From contig NC_087437.1 in the NCBI RefSeq assembly GCF_036321535.1, positions 92,010,001 through 92,074,000 of the forward strand: a stretch of DNA of 64,000 bases. The letters run 5' to 3'. The stretch's first letter is position 1. Every line of letters begins with the position of its first letter. Positions 27,125-41,498 of this stretch are shown here, piece by piece. Below the pieces are notes generated by a model. It was not told where the DNA came from and did no database searches. It worked only from the letters and a program-made list of their open reading frames with translations. Origin of the DNA: Camelus dromedarius. Its lineage: Eukaryota. A program made the position numbers and the translations under genes.

Positions 27125-27316
27125 CAGTCTGCCCTCTGTATTCACGGGTTTCGCATGTGCAGATTCAATAAACTGCAGATAGAAATTTCAATCTGTAGTT
27201 GGTTGAATATGCAGATGTGAAACCCAAGAACAGAGTGCTGACTGTAGACAAATTGAAAAACAACAACAACAACAGAAACAAGTATCAATGGATCCATGTA
27301 GTTCAAGGGTCAACTG
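27125..27316 (-). mobile_element. TcMar-Tigger MITE, MER8-like
   Basis: Terminal 'ttcaagggtcaactg' (revcomp CAGTTGACCCTTGAA, Tigger2/MER8 TIR) plus internal palindrome 27125-27244. Confidence 0.8.
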
Positions 27317-28124
27317 GATTTGAGTTTACTATCAAGAAAATAAGAAATTGGCATAAGAATTAATTCTTTATTTTATAGAAAAAATTAGAGAAGAAATTAT
27401 GTTTTAAAAGTTTCTTTAGGAAATGGGTTCCTGCAAAATACTCATGCATCTCTAAATTACCTCTGCCAAATATACTAAGATCTAATCCATATTATGGTAT
27501 TTTCCAAGAGCTTCCATGACTATATCTTGCTGAGAAATAGAGCAGGTAAGGGCAAGTTGTTAAAATTATCTTTAAAATTAAATTGTTGTCAGTTTAACTC
27601 CTAATTACCGTATGTTTGGGGAAAAAAATGAATTCTGAGTAAATTAGAATTTATAGAGTATCATTTTCAACTAAAAAACACACACAACTAATGCTAAGAA
27701 ATGTCCATAGTGAATGAAGATAGTGAATATGCTAATTGTAGCATATTAAATAAATTATTTAGGTTTAACCTTTAAATGTGAAAATGAGTTGTTCATTTTT
27801 GGAAATTTTTTACGATAGTGAAAGAGTTTAAAAATGAATACAAATATGTTGGGAATATTAATGTGCTTTAACTGCACAACAATTCATTTTACATGTACTT
27901 AACTCTGATATTTCAGTAGTAGTCAACATGACCATAGAAACTAAATAGGTATATTTTATATATTCAATAATCAAGGAAGAACTCCTTTGAGGATTATTTT
28001 CCAGAAACAGACTAGTTTACCAAAACAGTTAACAAGTTTAATAATTTATTTTTCATTTTGATTCACTTAACATCCATATTAACTAATATTTATTATCCTG
28101 AATTAATTTTTTCAATTTCCTGAA

Positions 28125-28700
28125 TTGTTTTAAACTGCTTTGTTGAAGTATAAACTATATAAAACCAATTACACCCATTTAAAAATACACCTCAGTGTGT
28201 ATTTTAACAAATCTATACATCCATGTAGCCACCACCAATAACATACAATATTTCACCACCCCAAGATGTTCTCCTGTACCCCTTTTCAGGAAGCTCTCAT
28301 CCTTTCTCTCCTAATCCAGGAAAAATCTACTTTTGTTCACTAGAGATTAGATTTTCCTGTCTGGTATTTTATATAAATTGAATTTCACAGTAAATTCTCT
28401 TTTGCTCGGCATGATATACTTCAGATGAATTCATGGTATTGCATGTATTGGTAGTTCATTTCTTTTCATTGTTGAGTACTTACCTCCCTACCTCACCCTC
28501 CCCTTTTTTAAACCATTTTCCCTATGAATGTACTCCTGTGCTGGTTCTGTTATTTGACTATTATGAATAAAGCTACTATAAACTTTTCTGTACAAAATTT
28601 TTGCAGATACATGTTTTCATTTATCTGGTAAATACTAGGAGTCGAACTTCTGGGTTGTATGGTAGGTGTATCTCTAACTTTAGAAGAAACTGCCAAATAT
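28125..28700 (-). mobile_element. L1ME/MD 3' end
   Basis: 'actgctttgttgaagtataa...cacccatttaaaaataca', 'ttatgaataaagctactataaac', 'agaaactgccaaa'. Confidence 0.8.
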
Positions 28701-29739
28701 GCCGTATTCTGCTGAGATCCAAAGTTAGGCAGCCCTAGGAAGCTCAGGGTAGCCTAGAATAAATGCTGGGGACTAATGAAGGCCACAAAATAAAATTTAC
28801 TTACAGAAAGAAGAAATCTATTCCAAGAAAAAAAAAAGTTCAATATATGGCTTTCATAGGAGAAGGCTGGTTCTAGCAGCATGTGACTAAGGCTGAATCA
28901 CATCAGAACACAGATATTTGGTTATATGTTGTTTGAACAAATGCTTCAACTGATCTAATTAGTGGGCCCACTGCGGATGCGTGATAACCTAATCTAGTAT
29001 TGATTTAGAGAAGACAATCATTCACAAGAACATAGCAGCCTGAGCTTAAGAACTTATACTGTGTGTCAGTAAGAAACAAAACAATGTGGAACAACACAGT
29101 GTAAGAGAAAACAAAAAACAAACAAAAAAGCATGGATGTAGTGAATTAGTTAAACCCTAATATTCCCCAGGTCTGGCATCTCTAGAGGCTATGTCTGATT
29201 TTGGATTTAGTATACCCCTAGGGTGTTCGAATAATTAAGACTGGTCTATATGAGAAAGAATCCCAAGAAAGAATTATTGGAATTCTTAATAAGAATCAAA
29301 ATAAAAGATTTTAATCTTGCTTATACCTGGTATTTATGGACATTTTACGATTTATTAGAATAGAATTAACACTTGCATAAGTATAATCAACAAAACATAA
29401 CATTTATAGGAAATGGAAAGCAAAATCTTTGAGAATGATTTTATCTGGGCTCAAATCACTACCACATAGTGTGGGCAAATTACTTAATCTAAAGAATTGC
29501 CTTTTGATAAATAAACTGTATTAGTATAATGGATCAGGAATGATCTTAAGACAAAAAATTCTATGCCAATCTCTGTATATGGAAATATTTAAAAAAAAAG
29601 ATTCACTTCTCAAAGAGGTGGAGCAGAAATGGAAACAGAAAAACAAAACAAAACAAAGCAGACAAACAAAAAACCTGAGTCAGGGGGAAACACATTGACA
29701 GTGTCCAGCCAGTGTTTGATAAGTCCAGCCCAGAGTAAT

Positions 29740-30342
29740 GTGTTCATTCTAACTGTACATATTAGTCATGTAAACTTGATGCTTTAACATGTACCCTACA
29801 TGCATAATGTGTACATAACTTCTTCTGAACAACCTAGTAATACACCTGAGTTGCCTTGTCTTGGTGTCATATAACCCTTGTCACTCCCTTCCCCAGAAGT
29901 GTCCTTCCTTTTGGGAAATGCTTTTCAAATACAAACCAATCAATCCAGGGTCTGTACCTCTTCCCATATCCCTTGTTGGGCTCTCACACTCTGGGCCACT
30001 ATACTATACCTGCCCTGATCATCCCAAGGCCGGGTACCAGACCACTAGGGACAGCTCCTTGCCCCAGAGTTCACGACATTATTCACCTTAGCCAATCCTA
30101 AACTTGTTTACTCTGCCTAACCTATTCATTCCTATAAAGACACAATAAACACTCTTGCCCACAGTCCCCCCACCCTCTGCCTGCTATCGACCTCTGTGTT
30201 TTCCTAAGCAGCCCTGCTTACTGTGGTGTGCCCTCTCTATGCGGGATCTCTGAGTAATAAACTGTCTTTTCAATGGCAAATGTCTTTTGATCTCAATTTT
30301 TGCTACCTCAAATTTTCTATGAATACACTAGCTTTTAAAACG
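29740..30342 (+). mobile_element. ERVL solo LTR, MER74/MER73-like
   Basis: 'gggctctcacactctgggccactat', 'ggtaccagaccactagggacagc', 'tagccaatcctaa', 'gagtaataaactgtcttttcaatggca', terminal 'ttttaaaac'. Confidence 0.8.
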
Positions 30343-33300
30343 ATGCATTTTTATCTGTTGCTCTACATCAAAAGTTATAAAGAACATGAAACCAACTCTC
30401 ATAATCTGAGTATTTAGTTTAACTTTGTTTTTCATTTAATCCCTCAGATGACAGAGGAAGAACAAACTAGATTTCTAGTCTTCCAATATTCTTTTTTTCT
30501 TATAATATATTAGTTTATTAGCTTTCAGTTTTTTAATTGGTCTGTATGAGTTAAGCTATGTGTAAGCCTGCCCACAGGAGACTGACTTACCCTCATAATT
30601 AAGAGTTCATCTTGGCTTAGGGTAATTTGGACAGAGGCAAATTAACCAGTATTGTCACTTTGGGGGACCTGTCTGGCAGCCAGCATCATTTCTCTTGCTT
30701 TGCTGCAAGACCTTCATCTATTCCAACCGTTTTAGAAATAACTGAGATAAAATTGGTATTGTCATTGCCCAGAATAAGCATTCAATACTATGATTATCAC
30801 TATTATTATTGTTATGATCTATGTGAAATAACATCATTGATCATTACATCAGTTTTTGTCTTCCTTTAATTCTGATTGGTGTATGTGATTATTTACCAAG
30901 TAATTTCTGTACAATCAGAGTAATTATTCTGCCCTATATTGTCATTATCCCTAAATACTTTAGGCTAATTGCTTTTCCAATACATTCCACTATATATTTC
31001 TTACATTTGAATAGAATGCATATTGATTTATTTATATTATTTATTATAATATGTATAACTGCAAGTAATAACCAATACAAGATAGTATTAGTATTGTGGG
31101 CTTTAATGTTAAAGTATCACATGAAATCTGGTGATCCTCAGTAGTAGAAACTATAACATCTGAAGTGATTTAACATGGTTTTCATTGAAAGTTAACCTCT
31201 GAAAATCTAAAGATGACAATTGAGTAAGTTTTTCAAGCATAAAGATCTGCAGATGTTGTAAAATTCATTATATATCATGTATCTAAAATCATTATATAAA
31301 TTATGTTGATAAGGACAGAATTTATGAGAAACAGGCACATAATATGACCATCAGTATTGGCTTGTGCTCTTTTATTTAATACATTAAATATGTAAAGCTG
31401 TATTTTTAAAAATATGTATTTTTATGAGAACACTATACTGGAGCATGTTACAGATATAAGTAGTTCATTTTACTAGAAAACAGTGAAGTGTTACATGTAA
31501 AATGATACTATGCAGATATTACCTTAGAAAGTACATGTTTTAGGCCTTTTTACATGACATTTTTAAAAGTAACATATACATTACTTGTATAATAAATCTT
31601 GAGGATGTTCATCCTACTCTGGTTAAGAGGCCTAAAGAGCAAGGTGCTCTAATATTGGAATAACATTCTTTAATTACCTGTGGTTGAATTTATTATTTTA
31701 TCTTTTTTTTATTTCCTACCTTATCCCCTCAAGTCCCCTTGTTTTCATATGTACTTTTTTCCTAATATGCTTATGGTTCCCCTTCAATGAAAAAAAATTT
31801 TTTCAATCGTGAAACATATCACCCTTATCAAAAATGTACAAAACAAATATGTAGAGCTTGATATGTATTTACAAATCCATTTAACTACTACTCAGATGAA
31901 GAAACAAAACTTTTGTTTTCATCAGATGCCCCCTTCTATGAAATTTATAACATGCAGCTAATTTGGTGCTTCCAAAATTAACACTGAACTAACAACTCCT
32001 TGGTATAGCAGTTGTAGCCCCAAAGCTACCTCTCTTATCTATTCAGACAGTTGGAATTTTGACTTAATGTGACTATCTCCAAATTGAAACAGTCAGAGTG
32101 AAACAAACCATAATCTCCTTAATGACTCTAAAATCTATATCCACTAATACATATGAGTATTACAGTGTTAAACTGCCTGTTCTCTCAGGTGTTCTGCCCT
32201 AATATCAAATTGGATTCACAATGTAGTAAAAACTCACTATGGAGAGTATCTCCCATTTTGAACTAAAAACTTCACAAAGTCATGCACAATTCTGACAAAA
32301 TTAGGCTAATGCACACCACATTGAATGATGGAAGCAATGTCAAACTCATTGAGCAGATTTATTGAAGATCCTTCCCTAGACTTGAGATAAGAGTAAAGGA
32401 GTCTCACCACACTTTAAGAGTTTACTAATAAGAAGTGCATATCTAAGTAGTGTGATATGAGAGAAGAAAAATTTTAGACTGCAGTAGGACTCTGCCCTTG
32501 GACCTTTTAGTTTGACAAATCTCTCACTTCACTTTAATGTGTTAATACTAAAATGCTAGCAGAATGTAAATCATGAACATATAATTAGTTCAATAAATAC
32601 TACTAACAATGTGATTTTAATGAATAAATTATAATCATATATAATTATTTTTTTATCAAAAGTAATATAAATAATAAGATTATAAATAATGGTAGAAATA
32701 AAACATTTATTCGTTTCTCATTTTTACTTCATAGGAGTGATTCCTATAAATTGGAGAATCACTGTGTCATAGAATATACACTTTTTAAAGTACTTGATCT
32801 GTATTGCCAAATTGCTTTTTAGAAAGGCTGTACCAATTTAAAGTTACAATATAAAATCTTCCATCTATTTTGTTATACCACAAGGACATCAAATATTGAC
32901 ATGTATGAAACTTAACATATGTACTTCCTTACCCATTGAATGAATGAAAATTTTATGAGCTATTTAAATTTCTCCCAAGAAGTATCCTGTGTTTATTTCT
33001 GTGCTTGACTTTACTATTTTTGCTCTTGATTTATTATTGGATTTTAAGACTATCTAAACTTTGTTGTAACTGCTGAAAATTTAGAGAATGCTTTTAATAT
33101 GATTTTCAGATAATTTAAAAGAGAATTAAACATAAAATTTAACAATAAATAAGAATAAAGAAAATGGCTTTTTAAAATGAGTATGAATTAAATTATTAGG
33201 TTTCTTTATGCTAGCAGTGAAATATTAGAAATCATTATGGAAAATGATTCCCTGAACAACAGCAATAACTACAAAAATAAAATAATATATATGTTAATAA

Positions 33301-36300
33301 ATGAGCAGAAATTACCAGACTCATTGTGGAAATTGGAAAAGTATTGACAATTAATTTTTTAATATTTTGAGAAAATTTAAACATAAAAAAGAAAAGGATA
33401 AACAGACCTCCCTAATACTCAATGTCTAGATTTAATAATTGCACCTGTATCTCACTAAACAGCTTTAGTTTGGTCTGGAGGTCTCTGTTGTTAAATTGAA
33501 AGCTACTAAATGCACCCTCCCCCCCAAAAAAAAAAAAAAACCAGAAAAATGTTAACTTTAATTGAAAAAAATTATGAGTACTATCCCTACTATGATATCC
33601 AAACAATATAACACAATGAAAGTAGAATTAAATAATATATTCCACATGTAAGTAGTAAGCAACAATTGGAAAGTAAAGTAAAACATCTTATAGATGAAAT
33701 ATAATGTAATAAAGGTTCAATTTACTCACCAGAGGAAACAAAGACTAGATAATCAGTGATAGTGAGTGGAGAAAGGTTTCAAGGCATTATTTAAAAGATA
33801 AGATTATTTTAATACCATCATTTTCTCAATTGATTTTTTAGCCAAATGGGGACTCATGGTTGCTTTGCACTTAAAACAAAGAGTAAAGATTAGCACATAA
33901 AAACTACCTTTGGGGCAAAATCAAGGCTGAATGACAAGACTACCTTGTAATGCACGGAAATGATACATAAGAAAATGGACTGGAATTTCATAAAAAACGC
34001 CATCTGTCCATTCCTTTTAATTGGTGTATGTATGCAAAGGAGAACACTTTGTCTTCATGTTAATACAGTGCACAATTCAAATTTGTTCCAAGTCATATCC
34101 TCTGACAAGAAACTGCTATGTTGAGTAAACTGGAGTGTGTGTCTTTCAAAAGCTGAACTACTGAAATACGACTCCTTTATTATGTTTTGAGTAAAAAAAT
34201 ACATTAGTCATAAAAAAATACATTAGTCTCAAAAAAGAAAATGAAAGGAATTTCTGTCCAACAGTAGAAGAGTTTTTGATAAGGAAACAAGTTTTATCCT
34301 ATTGTACTGATTATTTATAAGCAACTAGCACATATTATGACACTTCACCACTAAGTAGGTTGCCAAGCATCTCTAACAAAGGAGAAATATTCTTATATAA
34401 ACAAAATACAAATAATATCCTTAAAATTTTGAAAAAACACACTGTTATCTAATAAACTGTAAAGTTTTCCCCAATTACCCCTAAAATATCTTTTTAACCA
34501 TTAATTTCAGTGGTAATTTTTTGACTGTTATTAGAACATATGTCTACTAGAAATGGATTAGACTTTACTGGAATTCCACATGTCAGATCTAAGACCAGTG
34601 AGCAAAAGTTATAGGCAGACATACTCCCACATATTTTTAGGAGTTTTCCAGCATTACAATGATCTGTCTTGTGAATAATAAGTTTGTAAACATTGCAATA
34701 TTTAAGCAAAAGCTGGCTGGCCACATGCAAGGGATAAAGTAGTGAACATTAATACACTGAGTGAGAGACTGAACAAGATTTCCTTTACTTCCACTCTAAG
34801 AGTCAATGATTTCATGGAAAATGGGATTGCTGTTTCATTAAAAACTTCATGATTGACAACTCTTTAAAATATCTAAGATGTGTGAGCTGAGGTTTACAAT
34901 TTTGAGTAAATGTTATAGGAAATAAACATCATGTTATTGTTTCACTTATTCTTCACTAGTTTACTCTCCTTCACTGAATTTTTTCTTATATCAGTTCTGT
35001 AAAATTCCTTTAGAAAAACACTTCTAGCATAAATTTGCCCAAACATACACACAAAAGGAATCCTTATCAAAAGGAATTACTGAGTCATTTCAATGTACAG
35101 GTCAGAATATCTATTCAAACTGAGAATTATTTGACCACTGGTGATCTAGATATATTGCCATTATGAGTTCCCTGAAATTTCTTCATCTAAACTTTATTCT
35201 TTTTTAAAAAATTAAGATTTGTAATATAAGTTCATTGAATAAGATTACAATAGCTATATTTAACTGTAAAGAGAAGTGAACTAAAGAAATATATAAGACC
35301 TCTATTTCAGGCCAAGATGGAAAAACAGGGAAATATTTACCCTCTGGCCTGAAACCACCAGAATGAACAAGCAATGTTTTTTGGTCCTAGTAGACCAAGG
35401 TAGTGGCTAATATTGAAATAACAAATTATCAGAAAAAAAAAAGAGTGATACAGATACAGAACTCTTGATATTAGCAAAGCGTCACCTTCACACATCCATC
35501 TGAGTCCTGATTAACAAACATGTGAATAAAATACTAAGTAAAGATTCATGTGAATAATTACAAATTAACGATCAACACTCACACAGGGATGGAATTAGTT
35601 CTTGTCCCCATCATCCAGACTGAAAATCCTAATGATTCAACAGGCATGGGAGAGAGTACACAAAAGAGTTGCCTTAATATTAGGGAACAAGTAAACCTAG
35701 GAAGAGAATTGTTCCAGTCCTTCCTAAATTATCTGAAAAGCAAGATCTCACAGGCTCAAACATTTCAAGAAACTTAAATTGTACAGGAATAAAGCCAAAA
35801 ATTGTTAGAATATAAAAACACCCAGCATCTAACAAGGTAAAATTCACATTATTCACAGTACAATAATACTTTAGCAAGAATATTATGGAGCATAAAAATA
35901 CAATATATACTGAAGATGTAAATTACTCAGATGAACCTATTCAAAACTAACAAAAATGTTAGAATTTACAGAGAAAGTTAGACTAAAATTATAGTACTTT
36001 TTAATATGTGTTTAAACAGTTGAGAGACATGAACTGTGTAAAAGAACTAAATTGAACTTGAGAAGACAACTACAATGCATAAGATAAAGAATACTCTGAA
36101 TAGAATAATCAACTAATTAGAATAAATTGAAAAAAAATAATTAGCTTGAAGACCTAGAAATATTTTTTCAAATTGAAACAGAGACAAAAGAGACTCAAAA
36201 TCCATGAACAAAATACCAGTGAACTTTTGGAATATTAAAGTGGCCTAATGTATATATAATTGGAATCCATGAAGAGAGGAAAGAGAAGTAGAGGTAAAAT

Positions 36301-38717
36301 AAATATTTTGAAAAAATAGGGACTGACTTTCTTTTCCAAATCTCAATGAACTCAAGTCACAATAATCACGAAGAAAACTATAAGGCATATCTTAATCAAA
36401 TTACTTAAAGCCAGCGAGAAAGACAAAAAGAAAAAAAAATTTTTTTAAAACCAGTAGATAGTATGTACCAAGGAAAAATATAGGAATGATACATTTTTTT
36501 CATTGAAAAAAAAAAAAAATGTAACCAAGAGAAAGTTAGATTGAAAAGTTTAAATGCTGAAAGAAAACAGAAGCCAATCTGAAATTCTATATTCAGCAAA
36601 AATATCTTTCCCAATTGAAGGTTAAAAAAGTATATTTTTCAGACATACAAAAGTTAAAAAATATATATATATATATAAAACAAGACTCACACTATAATAT
36701 TAAAGGAAGTCCTTCAGGCAGAAGGAAAATATCAGAAAAGAATCTGTATCAATACAAAGGAAAGAAGAACACTGGAAAAAGTAATTATTTAAATCTCATT
36801 AGATATAATTGACAGTTTAAATGCAAGTAATAAGAGTATATATACTATAAACTTATAAAATATATAAACAATAAATGGATGACAACAAAAGGTCAAAATT
36901 CAAGAGAGAAGTAGAAGCATACTATTATAAATACACTAATGTTTTTACACATCACATGGAGTGGAATAATATAACATAAATGTAGACTAAGGTAAGGTAA
37001 GGCTTCATACTGTTTACCACAAACCATAAAACAATCATTAAAAAATTAACAAATAGCTAATAAGTCAACAGAATAAATAAAATGTTATTAATTCTGCATA
37101 ACTAAATAAGGCAGAAAATAGGAATTAAAAAAGAAAGGACCAAAAGAAAACAAACAAAAAAATAGAATAAAATTTAACCATCTGAATAATTACATTTAGT
37201 GTAGTAGTTTAAACCCCCAATTAAATGGTAGAGAATGCCAGATCTGATTATTTTAGAAAGCAAGATACAACTATATGCTACCCAAGGGAAGACACAAATA
37301 AGTTGAAAGTGAAAGGATGGGGAAACAAGTATCATACTAATCAAAAGAAAGCTAGAATGAATATATCAATAAGAGAAAAAATAGATTTCTGAGCAAAGAA
37401 TATTACCAGTGACAATCATTTCATACTGATAAAGGGATCAATGAATTTAGTGGAAATAATCCTAAATATGTATCTACCTAAGAAAAGCTCCAAAATACAT
37501 GAAGCAAAACTGATGAAATGGCAAGGAGAAATATGTAAATCCACACTGTAGCTGGACATTTCAGTAGCCCTCTCTCTCTCAATTAACCAAACAGGTAGAA
37601 CATATATCATTGAGGTTATAGAAGATGTAGAAATTTGGACAACATTATCAAACTGAGCTAAATAACATACTTAACAGCAAAAAACACATTCTTTTCAAAA
37701 ATATCACATTTTGAACCCAAAGAAATTGCATTAAATTTTAAAGGATTCAACTCTTAAGAATGTTCTATGGCCACAGTGGCATTAAATTAGACATCAATAA
37801 TAGAAATACTACATTTTTAATTTCCCCATATATCTGGGAACTTGGTAATATAATTCATAATCACATGAATTAAAGAAGAAATTTTTTAAAAACATGAAAT
37901 TAAAGTACAATTTAGGAGATGTCTTTAAAATATAGCAAACAAATATAACAAAATAACTAAAAAAAAAAGGTCTCTAATCAATGGATGTTATTTTAATTTA
38001 AGAATCTGAATAAGAACAAATGCAATAAAAAGAAAGAAGAAAAACTAAAGACCAGAGTAAAAAATCAATGAAATAGAGCACAGAGTAACAGTTTTTTAAA
38101 AAAAATTAACAAAATCAACACCTACTTTGTTGAAAATATCAGTAAAATTCTTATACATCTAGGCAGACTATTAGAGGCAAGAAAACAACACAAATCAATA
38201 CCATAAGGAATAAAACAGGTTACATCGCTGAGACATCTACAGTTATTGAAAGGACAGTAAAGGCACATTATAAACAAATTCATGCCAATAAATTCAGTAA
38301 CTTAGATTAAATAGACACATTTCACAAAAGGAAAAAAGCTCATTAAAGAGAAATTATCCTGAATAGACCTTTATCTACAAAAGCATTTGAATATGTAGAT
38401 AAAACCATTCTCACATCAAAAATTCCAGGTTTAGATGGTTTCACTTTCAAAATATACCAAATGTTTAAAGAAAATAATGTTAAAAATTCCACAAAAACTT
38501 GTCCAGAATATAGAAGTGGAATAAGTAATTTCAAACTAGTTTATTATTACCATGATACTAAAACTATAGACAGTACAAGAAAAGAAAAAACAGACAAGTA
38601 TTTTTCATGAACATAAATGCAATAACTTACGAAAATAACAGATCAAGTGCAAAATGCAAAAAAAAAAAAAAAGTTAATAGATCATGACCAAGTGGGATCA
38701 TGACCAAGAGGATGCAA

Positions 38718-40400
38718 GTTACTAATTTTAGAAATGGAGACATCACTACAGATCTGAAGAACATTAAAAATATAACAAGGAAATACTATGAATAACTCTG
38801 TGCCCTCAAATTTGATAGCCTAGGTGAAATAAACCACTTCCTTGGAAAACAATCTAGTGAAACTCTCACAAGAAGAAACAGATAAGCTGAACAAGCCACT
38901 CTTTATTAAAGAAATTGAATCCACTGTTAATAACTTTCCCAAACAGAGAACTTCATGCCCAGATTTGTTCAGAGAATTTCAACAAACAATTAGGGGAAGA
39001 AATATGCCAATTCATTATAATCATTTTCAGAGGATAAAAGCAGAGGGATTATTTCCTGACTCATTTAAAGAGGCCAGCATTATTCTAGTACCAATAACAG
39101 GAAGACCGTATAAGAAAACTACAACTCAGTATCTCTATGGAACATAGATACACACATTTTCAACAAAATATTAGCAAACTGAATCCAAGAAAGTATAAAA
39201 GGATTTATATACTACAATCGAGTGGGATATCCCATATGAAAGGATGTTTTAACATTCAAAAATCAATTAATGTAATTCATCACATCAACAGACTAAAAGG
39301 AAAATTCACACTATCATATCAATAGACACTAAAAAATGAAAAATTCTAACATCCATTTATGCTAAAAGCTCTCAGAAAACTAGAATTAGAAAGGAACTTT
39401 CTCAATTTGTTAAAGATTATCTAAGAACAACCTGCAGCTAACATTATAGTTAATAGTGAGAAACTTGAGACATTTCCACTAAGATCAGGTACAAGGCAAG
39501 GATGTCACTACTCCTTTTCAATATCATACTGGAAGTCCCTACTAATGCAATAAGGCAATAAACAAGCATAATAAGGTATACAGATTGGAAAGGAAGATAC
39601 AAAACATCTCTTTGTTTTGCAGATGACACGATCGTCTATGTAAAAAAATTTGAAAAAATTAACAAAAAAATTCCTGGAACTAATAAGTGCTCTAAGTGAC
39701 TAGCAAGGTTGCAGAATACAAAGTTAATATACTTAAGTCAATTGCATTCCTATATACCAGCAATCAACAAGTTGAATTTGGAATTAAAAACAGTAACATT
39801 TACATGAGCACTCCCCAAAATAAAAGTTAGGTATAAATCTAACAAAATATGGAAAAATCTATATGAGGAAAACTACGTAACACTGACAAATGAAATAAAT
39901 GAATAAATAGGGAGATGTTTATTGATAGAAAGACTCAATAGTCCCAAAATTTTAGTTTTTTCCTAAATTGATCTATAGATTCAATGCAATCTCAATCAAA
40001 ATTCCAGAAAGCTTCTATATGGACATAGTGACTCTAGAGTTTATATGAAGAGACAAAAAACCAGACTGGACACCGTAGTATTGAAGGAGAAAATTCTAAT
40101 TGGAAGACTGATGCTCACTGACATCAAGACTTACTACAAACCACAGTAATCAAGACAGCATAGTATTAAACAAAGTAAGCAATGGAAAACAGAGACTCCA
40201 GAAATATATCCTATAAATATAGTCATCTGATCTTTGACCAAGAAGCAAAAGCAATACAATGGAGTAAATATATTCTCTGCCACAAATGGTACTGGAACAA
40301 TCAGACATCTACATGCCAAAAAAAAACCCACATAATTCATAAAAAACAAATTATTAAATTGGAACTCAAATTTAAAAATTGTGCTATTTGAAAGACACTG
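38718..40400 (+). mobile_element. Second, less diverged L1 ORF2 segment nested in the host L1
   Basis: Peptides LVKLSQEETDKLNKPLFIKEIE...FPDSFKEASIILVP, FNIQKSINVIHHINRLK and YSHLIFDQEAKAIQWSK; 'tttgcagatgac' (FADD) at about 39616. Repeats ORF2 sequence already covered at 38190-38700. Confidence 0.85.
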
Positions 40401-40902
40401 AAAAGACTACAGAAAGTCCACTGAAATCTACCAAAAAAATCTAATAAAGTGAATTTAACATGGTCGCTAAGCACAAGATCAATATGCAAAAAACAGTTGT
40501 ATATCTTTATACCAGTGAACAAACAATTGGAAATTGAAATTTTAGAAAATGCCATTATAATACATGAAGATAAAGCCAAACACTGACAGAAAATATTTGC
40601 AAAGCACTTATCTGAAGGTCTTCTATTCACAATATTAAATTATACTTTGAATTAATAATAAAAGGCAAATAAATTGTAAAAATTGCCAAAATACCTGACC
40701 AGTTATTTTATTATAGGCAATTGACAGATGGCAAACATGTACGTGAAGTATGTGAAAAGAAGCTCAGTATCATTAGTCACTAGATATATGAAAACTTACT
40801 TTATACTGTGATACTGCTGCAGATCTATTAGAACAGCTAAAATTGAAGCCTAATCTACCGTCAGGCATAATGTGGAGGAACTGGCATTACTGTGCAGAGT
40901 GG

Positions 40903-41498
40903 CAATACTGGAGCAGATAGCCAGATATGAGTAGAGAAAGGGGACATAGGCCAAATGGCTGGAAACCATACATCTTTTGAACAGTGGGGGTCCTTGGGCA
41001 GATAGAGAAAAGCAGGAACCTCCAGACTGGCAAGAAACCACACATTTTGGGGTGACAAGTGGCCTGGAGGCAGACAGAGAAAGGTGGGAAAAGGCAGGAA
41101 TCTCCAGTGTCCAAATGTAACCTTTTGCTCATTGTGTCCTCATTATAATAAAATTAGCCTTGCAGATAAGAAGTACCCAGCATTCACCTACACAATGACA
41201 ATTCCAATCAAGACCAAATAAGGACAAAAATCCCTCCTCCCCTTGGGAAGGTGGAGGTGGCATGAAAACCAGGGAATACAACTCCAAACTCCTTCTCCAA
41301 TAAATATTCCATCCATTTACTTTTACACCCTATGTAACCAGCTAGTCAAAGAAACTCAGCACAGGTGCCCACCTGAGCCAGCCTGCTCTCCCCTTGAGAG
41401 CATCCTATTACTTAATAAATTCTCACTTTACTTTGTTGAATTCTGTGTCTTGTCTCTGAATTATTTGTGACGAGACAAGAAACTACTCCCCAGTAACA
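40903..41498 (+). mobile_element. ERV1-class solo LTR
   Basis: Interrupts L1 'gtgg|gaatgtaaaa'; 4-bp TSD gtgg/gtag; ends 'ccagtaaca' with inverted-repeat match to start '(ca)atactgg'; AATAAA at 41414; U5-like 'gtcttgtctctgaatt...gagacaagaa'. Confidence 0.85.

Noticed and set aside
34193..34230. Short tandem duplications (19-bp here; also about 33-bp at 48252-48318 and 10-bp at 49661-49680)
   Set aside because: Ordinary slippage duplications with no associated structure.
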